From the NCBI GenBank assembly GCA_003641405.1, contig QNAF01000002.1:1-35109 (forward strand): a stretch of 35,109 nt of DNA, read 5' to 3'. Position numbers and translations under genes: made by a program. Source of the stretch: Candidatus Zixiibacteriota bacterium. Lineage in GTDB: Bacteria; Zixibacteria; MSB-5A5; GN15; FEB-12. This document shows, one piece after another, positions 8,287 to 16,583 of the stretch. The notes below the pieces were generated by a model. That model saw nothing but the letters and a program-made list of their open reading frames with translations. It was not told where the DNA came from and did not search any database. How positions within the stretch are numbered: position 1 is the first letter of the stretch; each line of letters opens with the position of its first letter.

Positions 8287-10371
8287 ATGACTGAACACGC
8301 CTATTTGATACCGCTGTTGCCGCTGTTTGCGTTCGTCATGGTCGTTTTCTTTCTGCGGTGGAAGGAGCCCCTTGCGGCAGGTTTCTCAATAGCGATGATC
8401 CTCTGTACGTGGGTGATGTCAATATGGGTACTCATCGAGACACTGGCCCGGCATGGGGAGCCGTACGAGTTCTTCTTCTACATTACGAGTTTTGCCTCTC
8501 TGAATTTTGAAATAGGTATTCTGGTCGATCCGCTGACAGCGATGATGCTGATCGTGGTCACAACAGTCGGCAGTTGTGTGCAGATATATTCGCTAGGCTA
8601 TATGAAGGGTGACCCCAAGTTCAGCCGGTTCTTTGCCTATTTATCGCTGTTCTGTTTCTCAATGCTGGGTCTTGTCCTGGCCAATAACTTCTTCATGATA
8701 TTCATCTTCTGGGAGTTGGTTGGGTTAACGTCGTACCTGCTGATCGGTTTCTGGTCTGAGAAAAAAGTGGCCGCTGACGCCGGTAAAAAGGCGTTTATCA
8801 CAACGCGTATCGGAGATCTTGGTTTTATAGTTGGACTGCTACTGGTAGCAGCATACTGCGGTACATTTAACTACGGGGAAGTTTTCGACAAGATCGGCGC
8901 CGGAGTGATGCCGCTTGGAGTTCTCACCATGGCGGCCATATTCCTGTTCTGCGGAGCAGTCGGCAAATCCGCCCAGTTTCCGTTGCATGTCTGGCTTCCG
9001 GATGCAATGGAGGGTCCCACGCCTGTTTCCGCTTTGATCCATGCGGCTACGATGGTTGCGGCCGGAGTGTACCTCGTCGCGCGGTTCATGAACGTATTTA
9101 TCGGATCTGCGGATGCCTCGATGGTGGTTGCGGTCATCGGTATCATTACTTCGGTTCTGGCAGCGTCCATAGCATTGGTTCAAAACGATATTAAACGAGT
9201 GCTGGCGTATTCAACCGTCAGTCAGCTCGGCTATATGATTATGGCACTGGGTCTCTACGGGTACGATACGGCCCAGGGGCATCACTCCGCCGGTTACGTG
9301 GCCGGTACGCTTCACCTGATGACGCACGCCTTCTTTAAGGGATTATTGTTCCTTGGTGCCGGCTCGGTTATTCATGCCGTGCACACTAACGATATACAGG
9401 AGATGGGCGGTTTGTTCCGGAAAATGAAAGCGACCAGTATCACGTTTATGATAGCGTCGCTCTCTATTGCAGGAATATTCCCGCTGTCAGGTTTCTGGTC
9501 AAAGGACGAGATTGTAGTGGCAACTTCACACCACCCTATCTTCATGGTCCTGACACTGACGGTGGCGTTCATGACGGCGTTCTATATGTGGCGGCTGTGT
9601 TTCCTGACGTTCTTCGGGGAGCCGCGTGACGCTGAGCGGTATGAACATGCGCACGAATCGCCAAAATCGATGACCGGGCCGCTGATTGTTCTGGGCGTAC
9701 TCTCGGTTGTTGCCGGATGGGTGGCTCTGCCGTGGCTACATCATGGTTTCTCGTCGTTTGTCTATCATGGCGAGGTTCATCACGCCGGACCGAACTACTT
9801 GCTGATGTTGATATCAACGGTGGTGGCGGTGTCCGGTATTGTTCTGGCATGGCTGGTTTACCATAAGAAAGCGATTTCCGCAGACGCGCTGGCGGAGAAA
9901 TTCCGCCCCATCCACACTCTGCTGTACAACAAGTACTATTTCGATGAGTTGTACGACTTGATCCTCATTCGTCCAATACTTGCATTTGGGCGTTTCTGGT
10001 GGAGTTTTGACGCACGTGTAGTTGATGGCATGGTCAACGGGACAGGCAGGGCAACCATACTGTGGTCGGATCTGAAAGAGTGGTTTGATGTTCACATTGT
10101 CGATGGTGCGGTCAACGGATGTGGCTGGGTTGTAAATCAGGCGGCGTCAAAACTGAAATACTTGCAGACAGGAGCGGTGCAATTCTACGCACTGTTCATG
10201 CTACTGATGATAGTTGCTGTTGCGTTGTTCAAATTCGAGATGACTCGTGTGGCTACTACGTGGCCCGTGCTCACCGCGATTTTCTTCAGCGGTGTTGTGT
10301 TGCTGGGATTGCTTGTCAGGCAGACAGCCAACAAGAAGAAGACCGCCGATGTGCTCGAGAGTGACAAATAG
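8287..10371 (+). CDS. nuoL: NADH-quinone oxidoreductase subunit L
   Basis: 694 aa Mrp-type antiporter-like subunit. Contains WELVGLTSYLLIGFW, GKSAQFPLHVWLPDAMEGPTPVSALIHAATMV and a long C-terminal helix/TM extension. Confidence 0.95.
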   Translation: MTEHAYLIPLLPLFAFVMVVFFLRWKEPLAAGFSIAMILCTWVMSIWVLIETLARHGEPYEFFFYITSFASLNFEIGILVDPLTAMMLIVVTTVGSCVQIYSLGYMKGDPKFSRFFAYLSLFCFSMLGLVLANNFFMIFIFWELVGLTSYLLIGFWSEKKVAADAGKKAFITTRIGDLGFIVGLLLVAAYCGTFNYGEVFDKIGAGVMPLGVLTMAAIFLFCGAVGKSAQFPLHVWLPDAMEGPTPVSALIHAATMVAAGVYLVARFMNVFIGSADASMVVAVIGIITSVLAASIALVQNDIKRVLAYSTVSQLGYMIMALGLYGYDTAQGHHSAGYVAGTLHLMTHAFFKGLLFLGAGSVIHAVHTNDIQEMGGLFRKMKATSITFMIASLSIAGIFPLSGFWSKDEIVVATSHHPIFMVLTLTVAFMTAFYMWRLCFLTFFGEPRDAERYEHAHESPKSMTGPLIVLGVLSVVAGWVALPWLHHGFSSFVYHGEVHHAGPNYLLMLISTVVAVSGIVLAWLVYHKKAISADALAEKFRPIHTLLYNKYYFDELYDLILIRPILAFGRFWWSFDARVVDGMVNGTGRATILWSDLKEWFDVHIVDGAVNGCGWVVNQAASKLKYLQTGAVQFYALFMLLMIVAVALFKFEMTRVATTWPVLTAIFFSGVVLLGLLVRQTANKKKTADVLESDK

Positions 10372-10399
10372 TCTATGATGCTGGAGGTTTGAAGATAGT

Positions 10400-11884
10400 A
10401 TGGGCATACTGAGCTCTTTGATATTTATCCCGCTGGCGGGAATGGTCATCGTGATGCTGATCCCCAAGGAAAACAAGTGGGCGATTCGGTGGACTGCGAC
10501 TATCTTCAGCGGTATCCCCATGATCCAGAGTTTCTGGCTGACTTGGGACTATTTCTTCAATTACTCCGGATCTTCCGCTATGGCCTACGTCGAAGGGCCA
10601 TTCAACTGGATACCATCGCTGAACATCCAGTATTTCCTTGGAGTTGACGGCATCTCGGTGCCGATGCTTTTCCTGACCGGTCTTCTGAGTTGCCTGTCGA
10701 TTGTAGCGTCGTTCGGTATTGACAAGCGGGTCAAGGAGTACTTCGCGTTCTTCCTGCTTCTTGAAACCGGCATGATGGGTGTCTTTGTATCGCTGGACTT
10801 CTTCCTGTTCTACGTTTTCTGGGAGATTATGCTGGTGCCGATGTATTTTCTCATCGGTGTCTGGGGCGGCCCGCGCAAAGAGTACGCGGCGATCAAGTTC
10901 TTCCTCTATACCTTGTTCGGTTCGATCTTCATGCTGGTGGCAATCCTGGTACTGTATTTTACCAGTGAACCACATACGTTGAACATGCTGACATTGATTG
11001 AGACCAGTCCGGCTCTGTCGCATACGCTTCAAATGGTCTGTTTTATTTTCTTATTCATAGCCTTTGCCATCAAAGTTCCGGTATGGCCGTTCCATACATG
11101 GTTACCCGATGCTCACACGGAGGCACCGACTGCCGTGTCAGTCATCCTGGCCGGTGTTTTGCTGAAGATGGGCACTTACGCGATGCTTCGGATCAGTTGG
11201 CCGATGTTCCCCGACGCGCTGCGAACACTTTCGTTCTGGATTGCAGTATTGGGGGTGATCGCAATCATCTACGGTGCCCTGGTATCGATGGCACAGAAGG
11301 ACCTAAAAAAACTTGTGGCGTATTCGTCGGTGTCACATATGGGATACTGCATGCTGGCGCTGGCGGCGTTTTCTTCGGCTCAGGCGATTGCCGGCTGTAT
11401 GTTCCAGATGATCTCCCATGGTCTGATAACCGGCGCATTATTCCTATTGGTAGGCGTACTCTATGATCGCGCTCACACCAGGGAGATTGCACTCTTTGGC
11501 GGGATTGGCAGCAAGCTGCCGATATACACCGGCATTATGGTGTTCTTCTCGATGGCGGCGCTGGGTCTGCCGGGCATGTCCGGATTCGTTTCTGAGTTCA
11601 TGATATTCGTTGGTGCTTTTGGCGCTCTCAATAAAGTGCTGGTTGGTATTTCGGTACTTGGTGTTGTACTGGGAGCCGCATACATGTTGCGCATGGTGCA
11701 GAACGTATTTTTGGGTCCGTTTAACGAAGAGAAGTGGGGTGGCCTGACAGATATCAATCTGCGGGAATTAGTAACTGTTGTTCCGTTGATGGTACTGACG
11801 CTTTTGATAGGCATGTATCCAAAGCCACTAACCTCTTTGATGTCAGCAACTCTTGAGAACCTTATTACTCTGATGGCCAGGTAA
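10400..11884 (+). CDS. nuoM: NADH-quinone oxidoreductase subunit M
   Basis: 494 aa. Contains FYVFWEIMLVPMYFLIG, KVPVWPFHTWLPDAHTEAPTAVSVILAGVLLK and SHMGY. GGAGG SD upstream. Confidence 0.95.
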   Translation: MGILSSLIFIPLAGMVIVMLIPKENKWAIRWTATIFSGIPMIQSFWLTWDYFFNYSGSSAMAYVEGPFNWIPSLNIQYFLGVDGISVPMLFLTGLLSCLSIVASFGIDKRVKEYFAFFLLLETGMMGVFVSLDFFLFYVFWEIMLVPMYFLIGVWGGPRKEYAAIKFFLYTLFGSIFMLVAILVLYFTSEPHTLNMLTLIETSPALSHTLQMVCFIFLFIAFAIKVPVWPFHTWLPDAHTEAPTAVSVILAGVLLKMGTYAMLRISWPMFPDALRTLSFWIAVLGVIAIIYGALVSMAQKDLKKLVAYSSVSHMGYCMLALAAFSSAQAIAGCMFQMISHGLITGALFLLVGVLYDRAHTREIALFGGIGSKLPIYTGIMVFFSMAALGLPGMSGFVSEFMIFVGAFGALNKVLVGISVLGVVLGAAYMLRMVQNVFLGPFNEEKWGGLTDINLRELVTVVPLMVLTLLIGMYPKPLTSLMSATLENLITLMAR

Positions 11885-11888
11885 CAAG

Positions 11889-13400
11889 ATGGATTTCCAG
11901 CTTCCAGATTACAACGTGTGGCAGATGCTGCCGGAGATAGTGCTGTTTGTCTGGGCGCTGGCCGTCATTGTTTTTGATCTGGGTACCAAGCGCAAGACCG
12001 GTTCGGCTGTGGGCTACTTTGCCATGCTGGGTTTGGTCGTCAGCGGGATTGCCCTCGCGATTGTCGGTCATGGTCGCGGGTTCGGCAACATGTTTTTCAA
12101 CGACTCACTGGCCGTGTTCTTCAAAGTGATCTTCCTTGGCGCTGCTTTCATGACTATCGGCTCGTCTTTCGGAATTACGAAGGAGAAGATTGTCAATCAC
12201 AGGGGAGAGTATTTCGGACTGTTGCTCTTCTCAACCGTGGGCATGATGTTCCTGGCCTCAGCGTCCGAGTTGATAACTCTGTACATCGGGTTGGAGTTGA
12301 CGACCATTCCGCTGTTTGTGCTGGCGGCGTTTTTCAAAGATGACAAAAAATCGGTCGAGGCGGGAATCAAGTACCTGGTCGTAGGTGCACTTTCTTCGGC
12401 GTTTCTGCTGTACGGTCTGTCATTCCTGTACGGCTTGACCGGGACTACCGATATCCTGCAGATGCGATTCAATCTCGCGGCCGGACAATTGAGCACAGGT
12501 GGCGACATCGGCGTGATTTTGATAGTGGCAATCATTGCCCTTTTGGCGGGAGTAGGATTCAAACTGGCGCTGCCACCGTTCCACCAGTGGGTGCCCGATG
12601 TATACGAAGGTGCTCCAACACCTATCACGGCTTTTCTGTCTGTCGGTTCCAAGGCGGCCGGGTTGGTGGCTTTTATCAAGATTTTTGTTCTGGGTCTTTA
12701 TGCTTATTATGAGCCATTCATGGCTCCGAACGACTGGGGTATGCTGACCGGTGCACTGGCAGTTGGCGCCATGATTCTCGGCAACGTGGTAGCTATTCGC
12801 CAGAAAAATATCAAACGAATGCTGGCCTATTCATCGATTGCCCATGCGGGCTATATCATGATCGGCATGCTTTCCATGAACGAGTTGGGTCTGGCTTCGG
12901 TCGGCTTCTACATGTTCGGCTACTTGTTCACTAATATGGGTGCTTTTGCGTTGATAGCGCATTTTGAGGATAAGACCGGTAGTTGTGAGATAAAGGATTA
13001 CGCCGGTTTGTCCAAATCCTCCCCGTTTGCAGCAATGTCTCTGACTATCTTTCTGTTGTCTCTTACGGGCATACCGCCGCTGGTCGGTTTCTTTGGAAAA
13101 TACTACGTTTTTGCGGCAGCTATCAAGTTGGCCGGGTCGGGTCCTGGTTACGACTGGATCTACTGGATTGTAGGTGTTGCCCTGATTACCTCAGTGATTG
13201 CCCTGTACTACTACGCGAATGTTATTCGTACGATGTATTTCATCAAGAATGATGCCCCGGTCAAGCTGGTGTTTTCAGCACCCGCGCTGTCGATGGTCGT
13301 TATCGGGCTGATTGGTGTCTTTTTAGTCGGCCTGAATCCCGAACCTTTCATCCAGTTTGCCTCAGGGATTCCGTTTACGGCAGGTTTCATACTCCCTTAA
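11889..13400 (+). CDS. nuoN: NADH-quinone oxidoreductase subunit N
   Basis: 503 aa. Contains YIGLELTTIPLF, FKLALPPFHQWVPDVYEGAPTPITAFLS and YSSIAHAGY. It is the last gene of the cluster. Confidence 0.93.
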   Translation: MDFQLPDYNVWQMLPEIVLFVWALAVIVFDLGTKRKTGSAVGYFAMLGLVVSGIALAIVGHGRGFGNMFFNDSLAVFFKVIFLGAAFMTIGSSFGITKEKIVNHRGEYFGLLLFSTVGMMFLASASELITLYIGLELTTIPLFVLAAFFKDDKKSVEAGIKYLVVGALSSAFLLYGLSFLYGLTGTTDILQMRFNLAAGQLSTGGDIGVILIVAIIALLAGVGFKLALPPFHQWVPDVYEGAPTPITAFLSVGSKAAGLVAFIKIFVLGLYAYYEPFMAPNDWGMLTGALAVGAMILGNVVAIRQKNIKRMLAYSSIAHAGYIMIGMLSMNELGLASVGFYMFGYLFTNMGAFALIAHFEDKTGSCEIKDYAGLSKSSPFAAMSLTIFLLSLTGIPPLVGFFGKYYVFAAAIKLAGSGPGYDWIYWIVGVALITSVIALYYYANVIRTMYFIKNDAPVKLVFSAPALSMVVIGLIGVFLVGLNPEPFIQFASGIPFTAGFILP

Positions 13401-13416
13401 AGGTGATCCAAAAAAA

Positions 13417-13445
13417 TTGACTTTGATCAATCAGTCGGGTATACT
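13417..13445 (+). promoter_or_regulatory. Near-consensus sigma70-type promoter (-35 TTGACT, 17-bp spacer, -10 TATACT) with an upstream A-tract
   Basis: TTGACT is at 13417-13422 and TATACT at 13440-13445, with a spacer I counted as exactly 17 nt. AAAAAA lies immediately upstream. It sits 43 nt upstream of the DUF502 start and directly after the nuoN stop. Confidence 0.6.
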
Positions 13446-13488
13446 CGGCTGGCTGGTTATTTGATGTTGAGGTTGTGCGGTATTTGCC

Positions 13489-14142
13489 ATGAACAGAGTC
13501 GTTGATACTATCAAGCGGTATTTCATCAGCGGTGTGCTGGTTGTCGTACCGGTCATACTGACTTTCATAGTGTTGCGCTTTCTGTTCAATGCCGTTGACG
13601 GTATACTTCAACCAATCCTACACCCACTGCTGGGGTACTACCGAACCGGTCTTGGTGCTTTGACCACTATTCTGATTATCCTTCTGGCCGGCGTGGCTAC
13701 ACGGAATATCGTTGGCGCTCGCTTATATCGGTTGGGGGATCGTCTTCTGGCGCGCGTGCCGCTAATCCGCCCCATATATTCTTCATCTAAGCAGTTACTT
13801 GAGGCCCTGACAACTTCGGATACGCGATCATTTCAGGACGTAGCCATGATCGAATATCCACGCAAGGGGATTTACGCCCTGTGCTTCGTTTCCCATTATC
13901 TGTCAATCCGGGTCAGTGGTGAGATCAGACAGTTTGCAACCTGTTTTATTGCGTCCACGCCAACACCTGTTTCCGGTATGGTCGTAGTAGTCCCGGTTGA
14001 AGATCTGATGATCGTGGATATGACGATAGAACAGGGTGTCAAGTTTTTCGTTTCAGGAGGCGTAGCATCGCCGGAACTAATCAAGAGAAAGCCGGAAACC
14101 CCGGCAGTCTCATGCCCGGAGGTAGATAATGAAACTGGCTAA
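13489..14142 (+). CDS. DUF502-family membrane protein
   Basis: The N-terminus IKRYFISGVLVVVPVILTFIVLRFLFNAVDGIL, followed by a second TM and a soluble C-terminal domain (TPTPVSGMVVVVP), matches the DUF502 pattern. Confidence 0.8.
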   Translation: MNRVVDTIKRYFISGVLVVVPVILTFIVLRFLFNAVDGILQPILHPLLGYYRTGLGALTTILIILLAGVATRNIVGARLYRLGDRLLARVPLIRPIYSSSKQLLEALTTSDTRSFQDVAMIEYPRKGIYALCFVSHYLSIRVSGEIRQFATCFIASTPTPVSGMVVVVPVEDLMIVDMTIEQGVKFFVSGGVASPELIKRKPETPAVSCPEVDNETG

Positions 14143-15034
14143 TTTGTTGATGGAACGCCGGATCAACATGAATCTGAGGGCTCGGACCAAGGATGAGGCG
14201 GTTCGGGAACTTCTCGAGATGATACCTTTTGAGGGAATTATCCTGGACCATGAAACGATCCTGAAATCCATTCGAGAACGTGAAGAAGTAGAGGATACTT
14301 CGTATGGTCGTGGTTTTGCCTTTCCACATTCCAGGACCGACGCCGTGGACGAAATGTATATTCTGATGGGTGTGTCGCATCAGGGTCTGGAAGACAAGAC
14401 TCTCGATGACATCTCGGTGCATGTTGTCTGTCTCCTGCTGACACCGTCTACAATCGCTAAACTGTACCTTCAGACACTCTCCGGTCTGGCAGCGCTGGCT
14501 CGTACCGAAGGTACCCTGGACAAGATTCTCAGTGCCGCTTCCAAAGCCGATCTCATCAAGCTGGTTTCCGACACCAATGTCACCGTGGACAAGCAGTTGA
14601 TGGTCAAGGATGTGATGCGTCACGACGTAGCTACTGTCACGCTGGATGACACCCTGAAGGAAGTGGCGAACCGGATGTGGCGAAATCGTCTTTCCGCCTT
14701 GGCGGTAGTCGATGATGAAGGTCGACTGGTTGGGGTTATCGATGACCGTGACCTGATAAAGGCTGCTTTGCCCGACTACAAGTCATTGATTTCCAACCTG
14801 AACGACGATATTGATATTGAACCATTGGAAGAGTTACTCAAGAAAGAAGACAAGATCAAGGTGGCGCAACTCTGCCGCGATGATTTTGAAGTCACCGCAC
14901 CGCAGACAAGAATAGTGGAAGTCGCCGCGATGATGATATTCAAGAATATTCGAAGAGTTTTTGTCACCGAAGAGAGTCGCCTGGTTGGGGTGCTACTGCG
15001 TAAGAATATCGTCAATATGGTCATTCGTGGATAA
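14129..15034 (+). CDS. PTS EIIA(type 2, PtsN-like) domain fused to a CBS-pair domain; putative regulator
   Basis: The N-terminal half shows LRARTKDEAVRELLEMI...GRGFAFPH (candidate phospho-His codon at 14327-14329). The C-terminal half has two CBS modules (VKDVMRHDVATV...AVVDDEGRLVGVIDDRDLI and RRVFVTEESRLVGVLLRKNIV). GGAGG lies 6 nt upstream. The gene overlaps the DUF502 gene by 14 nt. Confidence 0.8.
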   Translation: MKLANLLMERRINMNLRARTKDEAVRELLEMIPFEGIILDHETILKSIREREEVEDTSYGRGFAFPHSRTDAVDEMYILMGVSHQGLEDKTLDDISVHVVCLLLTPSTIAKLYLQTLSGLAALARTEGTLDKILSAASKADLIKLVSDTNVTVDKQLMVKDVMRHDVATVTLDDTLKEVANRMWRNRLSALAVVDDEGRLVGVIDDRDLIKAALPDYKSLISNLNDDIDIEPLEELLKKEDKIKVAQLCRDDFEVTAPQTRIVEVAAMMIFKNIRRVFVTEESRLVGVLLRKNIVNMVIRG

Positions 15035-15070
15035 AACTCGGCACAACCTGATTCCTGAGATAGCAACCAA

Positions 15071-16282
15071 GTGATGACTTCCGAGCATAAACTCCCCGTT
15101 AGTACCACATCCTACGTCTACCTGGTCCTGGCATTCCTGGTTGCGGCACCTGGTCTCTACTGTGGCATTACCGATACTCACGTTACCCCGTGGCTGGGGG
15201 CGATCATGTTCGGGGTTGCCGTATTCGGCGCGGCCTTCATTCTATCCTGGGCGGCCGAAGCAGCCCAAGTTGATATCTCGGAATCGTTGGCTGTGGCCAT
15301 TCTGGCCCTGGTGGCGGTGTTGCCGGAGTACGCGGTTGACTTTGTGTTTACTTGGAAGTCCGCTCACGACCCATCGCAGGCACACTACGCTATCGCCAAC
15401 ATGACTGGCTCCAACCGTTTGCTGGTTGGGCTCGGGTGGCCGGCTGTCTTGCTGGCTTTTATCGTGGCCCGTAAGCGCAAAGAGTTGGTGTTGGATAAGT
15501 CCCAACGGGTCGAGATCTTCTATCTGGCCATAGCCACCCTCTACTCGTTTACCATACCGCTCAAGGGTTATCTGAACCTCATCGACACAGTCATTCTTGT
15601 AACGATATTTGTCATGTATACTCGTCGAGCGGCTCAGATGGAGTCTGTTGAACCTGAGTTTGTCGGGCCAACCAAGATCTTGGCTAATATGAGGGACGGT
15701 CCTCGTCGCTTGTTTACGGCCTTTTTCTTCATCTTCTCAGGCACGGCGATTTTCTTTGTAGCCGAACCATTTGCCGAGTCGCTGGTGGCAACAGGCAGTC
15801 AGTTGGGAGTGGATGAGTTCCTGCTGATTCAGTGGCTGGCTCCCATTGCTTCTGAGGCACCGGAGTTCATTGTCGCAATTACCTGGGCGCTGCGTGGCGC
15901 CGGACGGGCGGCAATCAAGGTTCTCATTTCGTCCAAGGTGAATCAGTGGACGCTGTTGCTGGGTACAATCCCACTGGTATTTGCCATATCGGGGCAAGCT
16001 GTGCGCCCGTTCGTACTTGATGGTTTTCAGCAGCAGGAGTTGTGGCTGACTGCAGCTCAGTCACTTTTCGGGGTAGCTGTGTTAGCGAATCTTCGTATGA
16101 GCCGTGCAAACGGACTACTTCTGGCCAGCCTGTTTACGGCTCAACTGATAATCTCGCAGATACGAGTCGAAGTGGCTATTTTGTACATGGCACTGGCAGT
16201 CTTTTATCACGTTAAGCATCGCGATTGTCTGTTTCCAGCCGCACGCGAAGGACTGGGAATGCGCGAAAAGGTCTCCGGCTAG
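15071..16282 (+). CDS. Polytopic membrane protein, probable CaCA-type cation (Na+/Ca2+ or H+) antiporter
   Basis: 403 aa with about 10-11 TM segments. Two alpha-repeat-like motifs sit in symmetric halves (VAVLPEYAVD and IASEAPEFIVA), resembling the G(T/S)SxPE signature of CaCA exchangers. Start is GTG 15071 or ATG 15074. The family call is from motifs only. Confidence 0.55.
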   Translation: MMTSEHKLPVSTTSYVYLVLAFLVAAPGLYCGITDTHVTPWLGAIMFGVAVFGAAFILSWAAEAAQVDISESLAVAILALVAVLPEYAVDFVFTWKSAHDPSQAHYAIANMTGSNRLLVGLGWPAVLLAFIVARKRKELVLDKSQRVEIFYLAIATLYSFTIPLKGYLNLIDTVILVTIFVMYTRRAAQMESVEPEFVGPTKILANMRDGPRRLFTAFFFIFSGTAIFFVAEPFAESLVATGSQLGVDEFLLIQWLAPIASEAPEFIVAITWALRGAGRAAIKVLISSKVNQWTLLLGTIPLVFAISGQAVRPFVLDGFQQQELWLTAAQSLFGVAVLANLRMSRANGLLLASLFTAQLIISQIRVEVAILYMALAVFYHVKHRDCLFPAAREGLGMREKVSG

Positions 16283-16330
16283 CTCTTGGACTTCTCGAAA
16301 CAATTGGATTTTTCAGAAATGACTACTCTA

Positions 16331-16393
16331 GTAGCCCACCCAACGGGTGGGGTCTTGTAATTCCACTGTCATCCCACCTGTTAGGTGGGCTAC
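16331..16393. repeat. REPIN-like doublet: two inverted copies of a GTAG-headed 21-nt palindromic element
   Basis: Copy 1 is GTAGCCCACCCAACGGGTGGG (16331-16351, + strand). Copy 2 read on the minus strand is GTAGCCCACCTAACAGGTGGG (16393-16373). Each folds into a 6-7 bp hairpin, and the outer GTAGCCCACC/GGTGGGCTAC arms can also pair. Confidence 0.6.
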
Positions 16394-16488
16394 CAGACCG
16401 AACAATCAGTAATATAAGAACAGTCTTGTAGGGACTGTCTTTAATGTCAAGAGAGTTTTGGGTTCCAGTATTCGTTTTTGCCTAGTGC

Positions 16489-16556
16489 CCCACAGCTTGC
16501 TGTGGGATCTGATCGTTATACAGCTACCTAGGATGGTTCGCACAGCAAGCTGTGCG
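16489..16556. repeat. Pair of 18-bp near-perfect palindromes (CCCACAGC-TT-GCTGTGGG and CGCACAGC-AA-GCTGTGCG), centres 50 bp apart
   Basis: The palindromes are at 16489-16506 and 16539-16556. The second is the reverse-complement version of the first core (CACAGCTTGCTGTG versus CACAGCAAGCTGTG), with a compensatory change in the outer stem. They lie between convergent genes and may act as bidirectional terminators or protein-binding sites. Confidence 0.55.
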
Positions 16557-16583
16557 CGACCCAAATGGATAGAGGGCGGTTTT

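Noticed and set aside
7726-8298. 190-aa minus-strand ORF antisense to nuoJ/nuoK
   Set aside because: It lies entirely inside two confidently identified nuo genes on the other strand. I recognise no family or motif and see no SD. It is a typical shadow ORF of a membrane-protein gene.
10373-11032. 219-aa minus-strand ORF antisense to nuoM
   Set aside because: It is a shadow ORF. Its composition is His/Arg/Gln/Glu-rich, with no domain signature, and it is fully overlapped by nuoM.
14081-14623. 180-aa minus-strand ORF antisense to the EIIA/CBS gene
   Set aside because: It is a shadow ORF with no motifs. The plus-strand gene has an SD and clear EIIA and CBS signatures.
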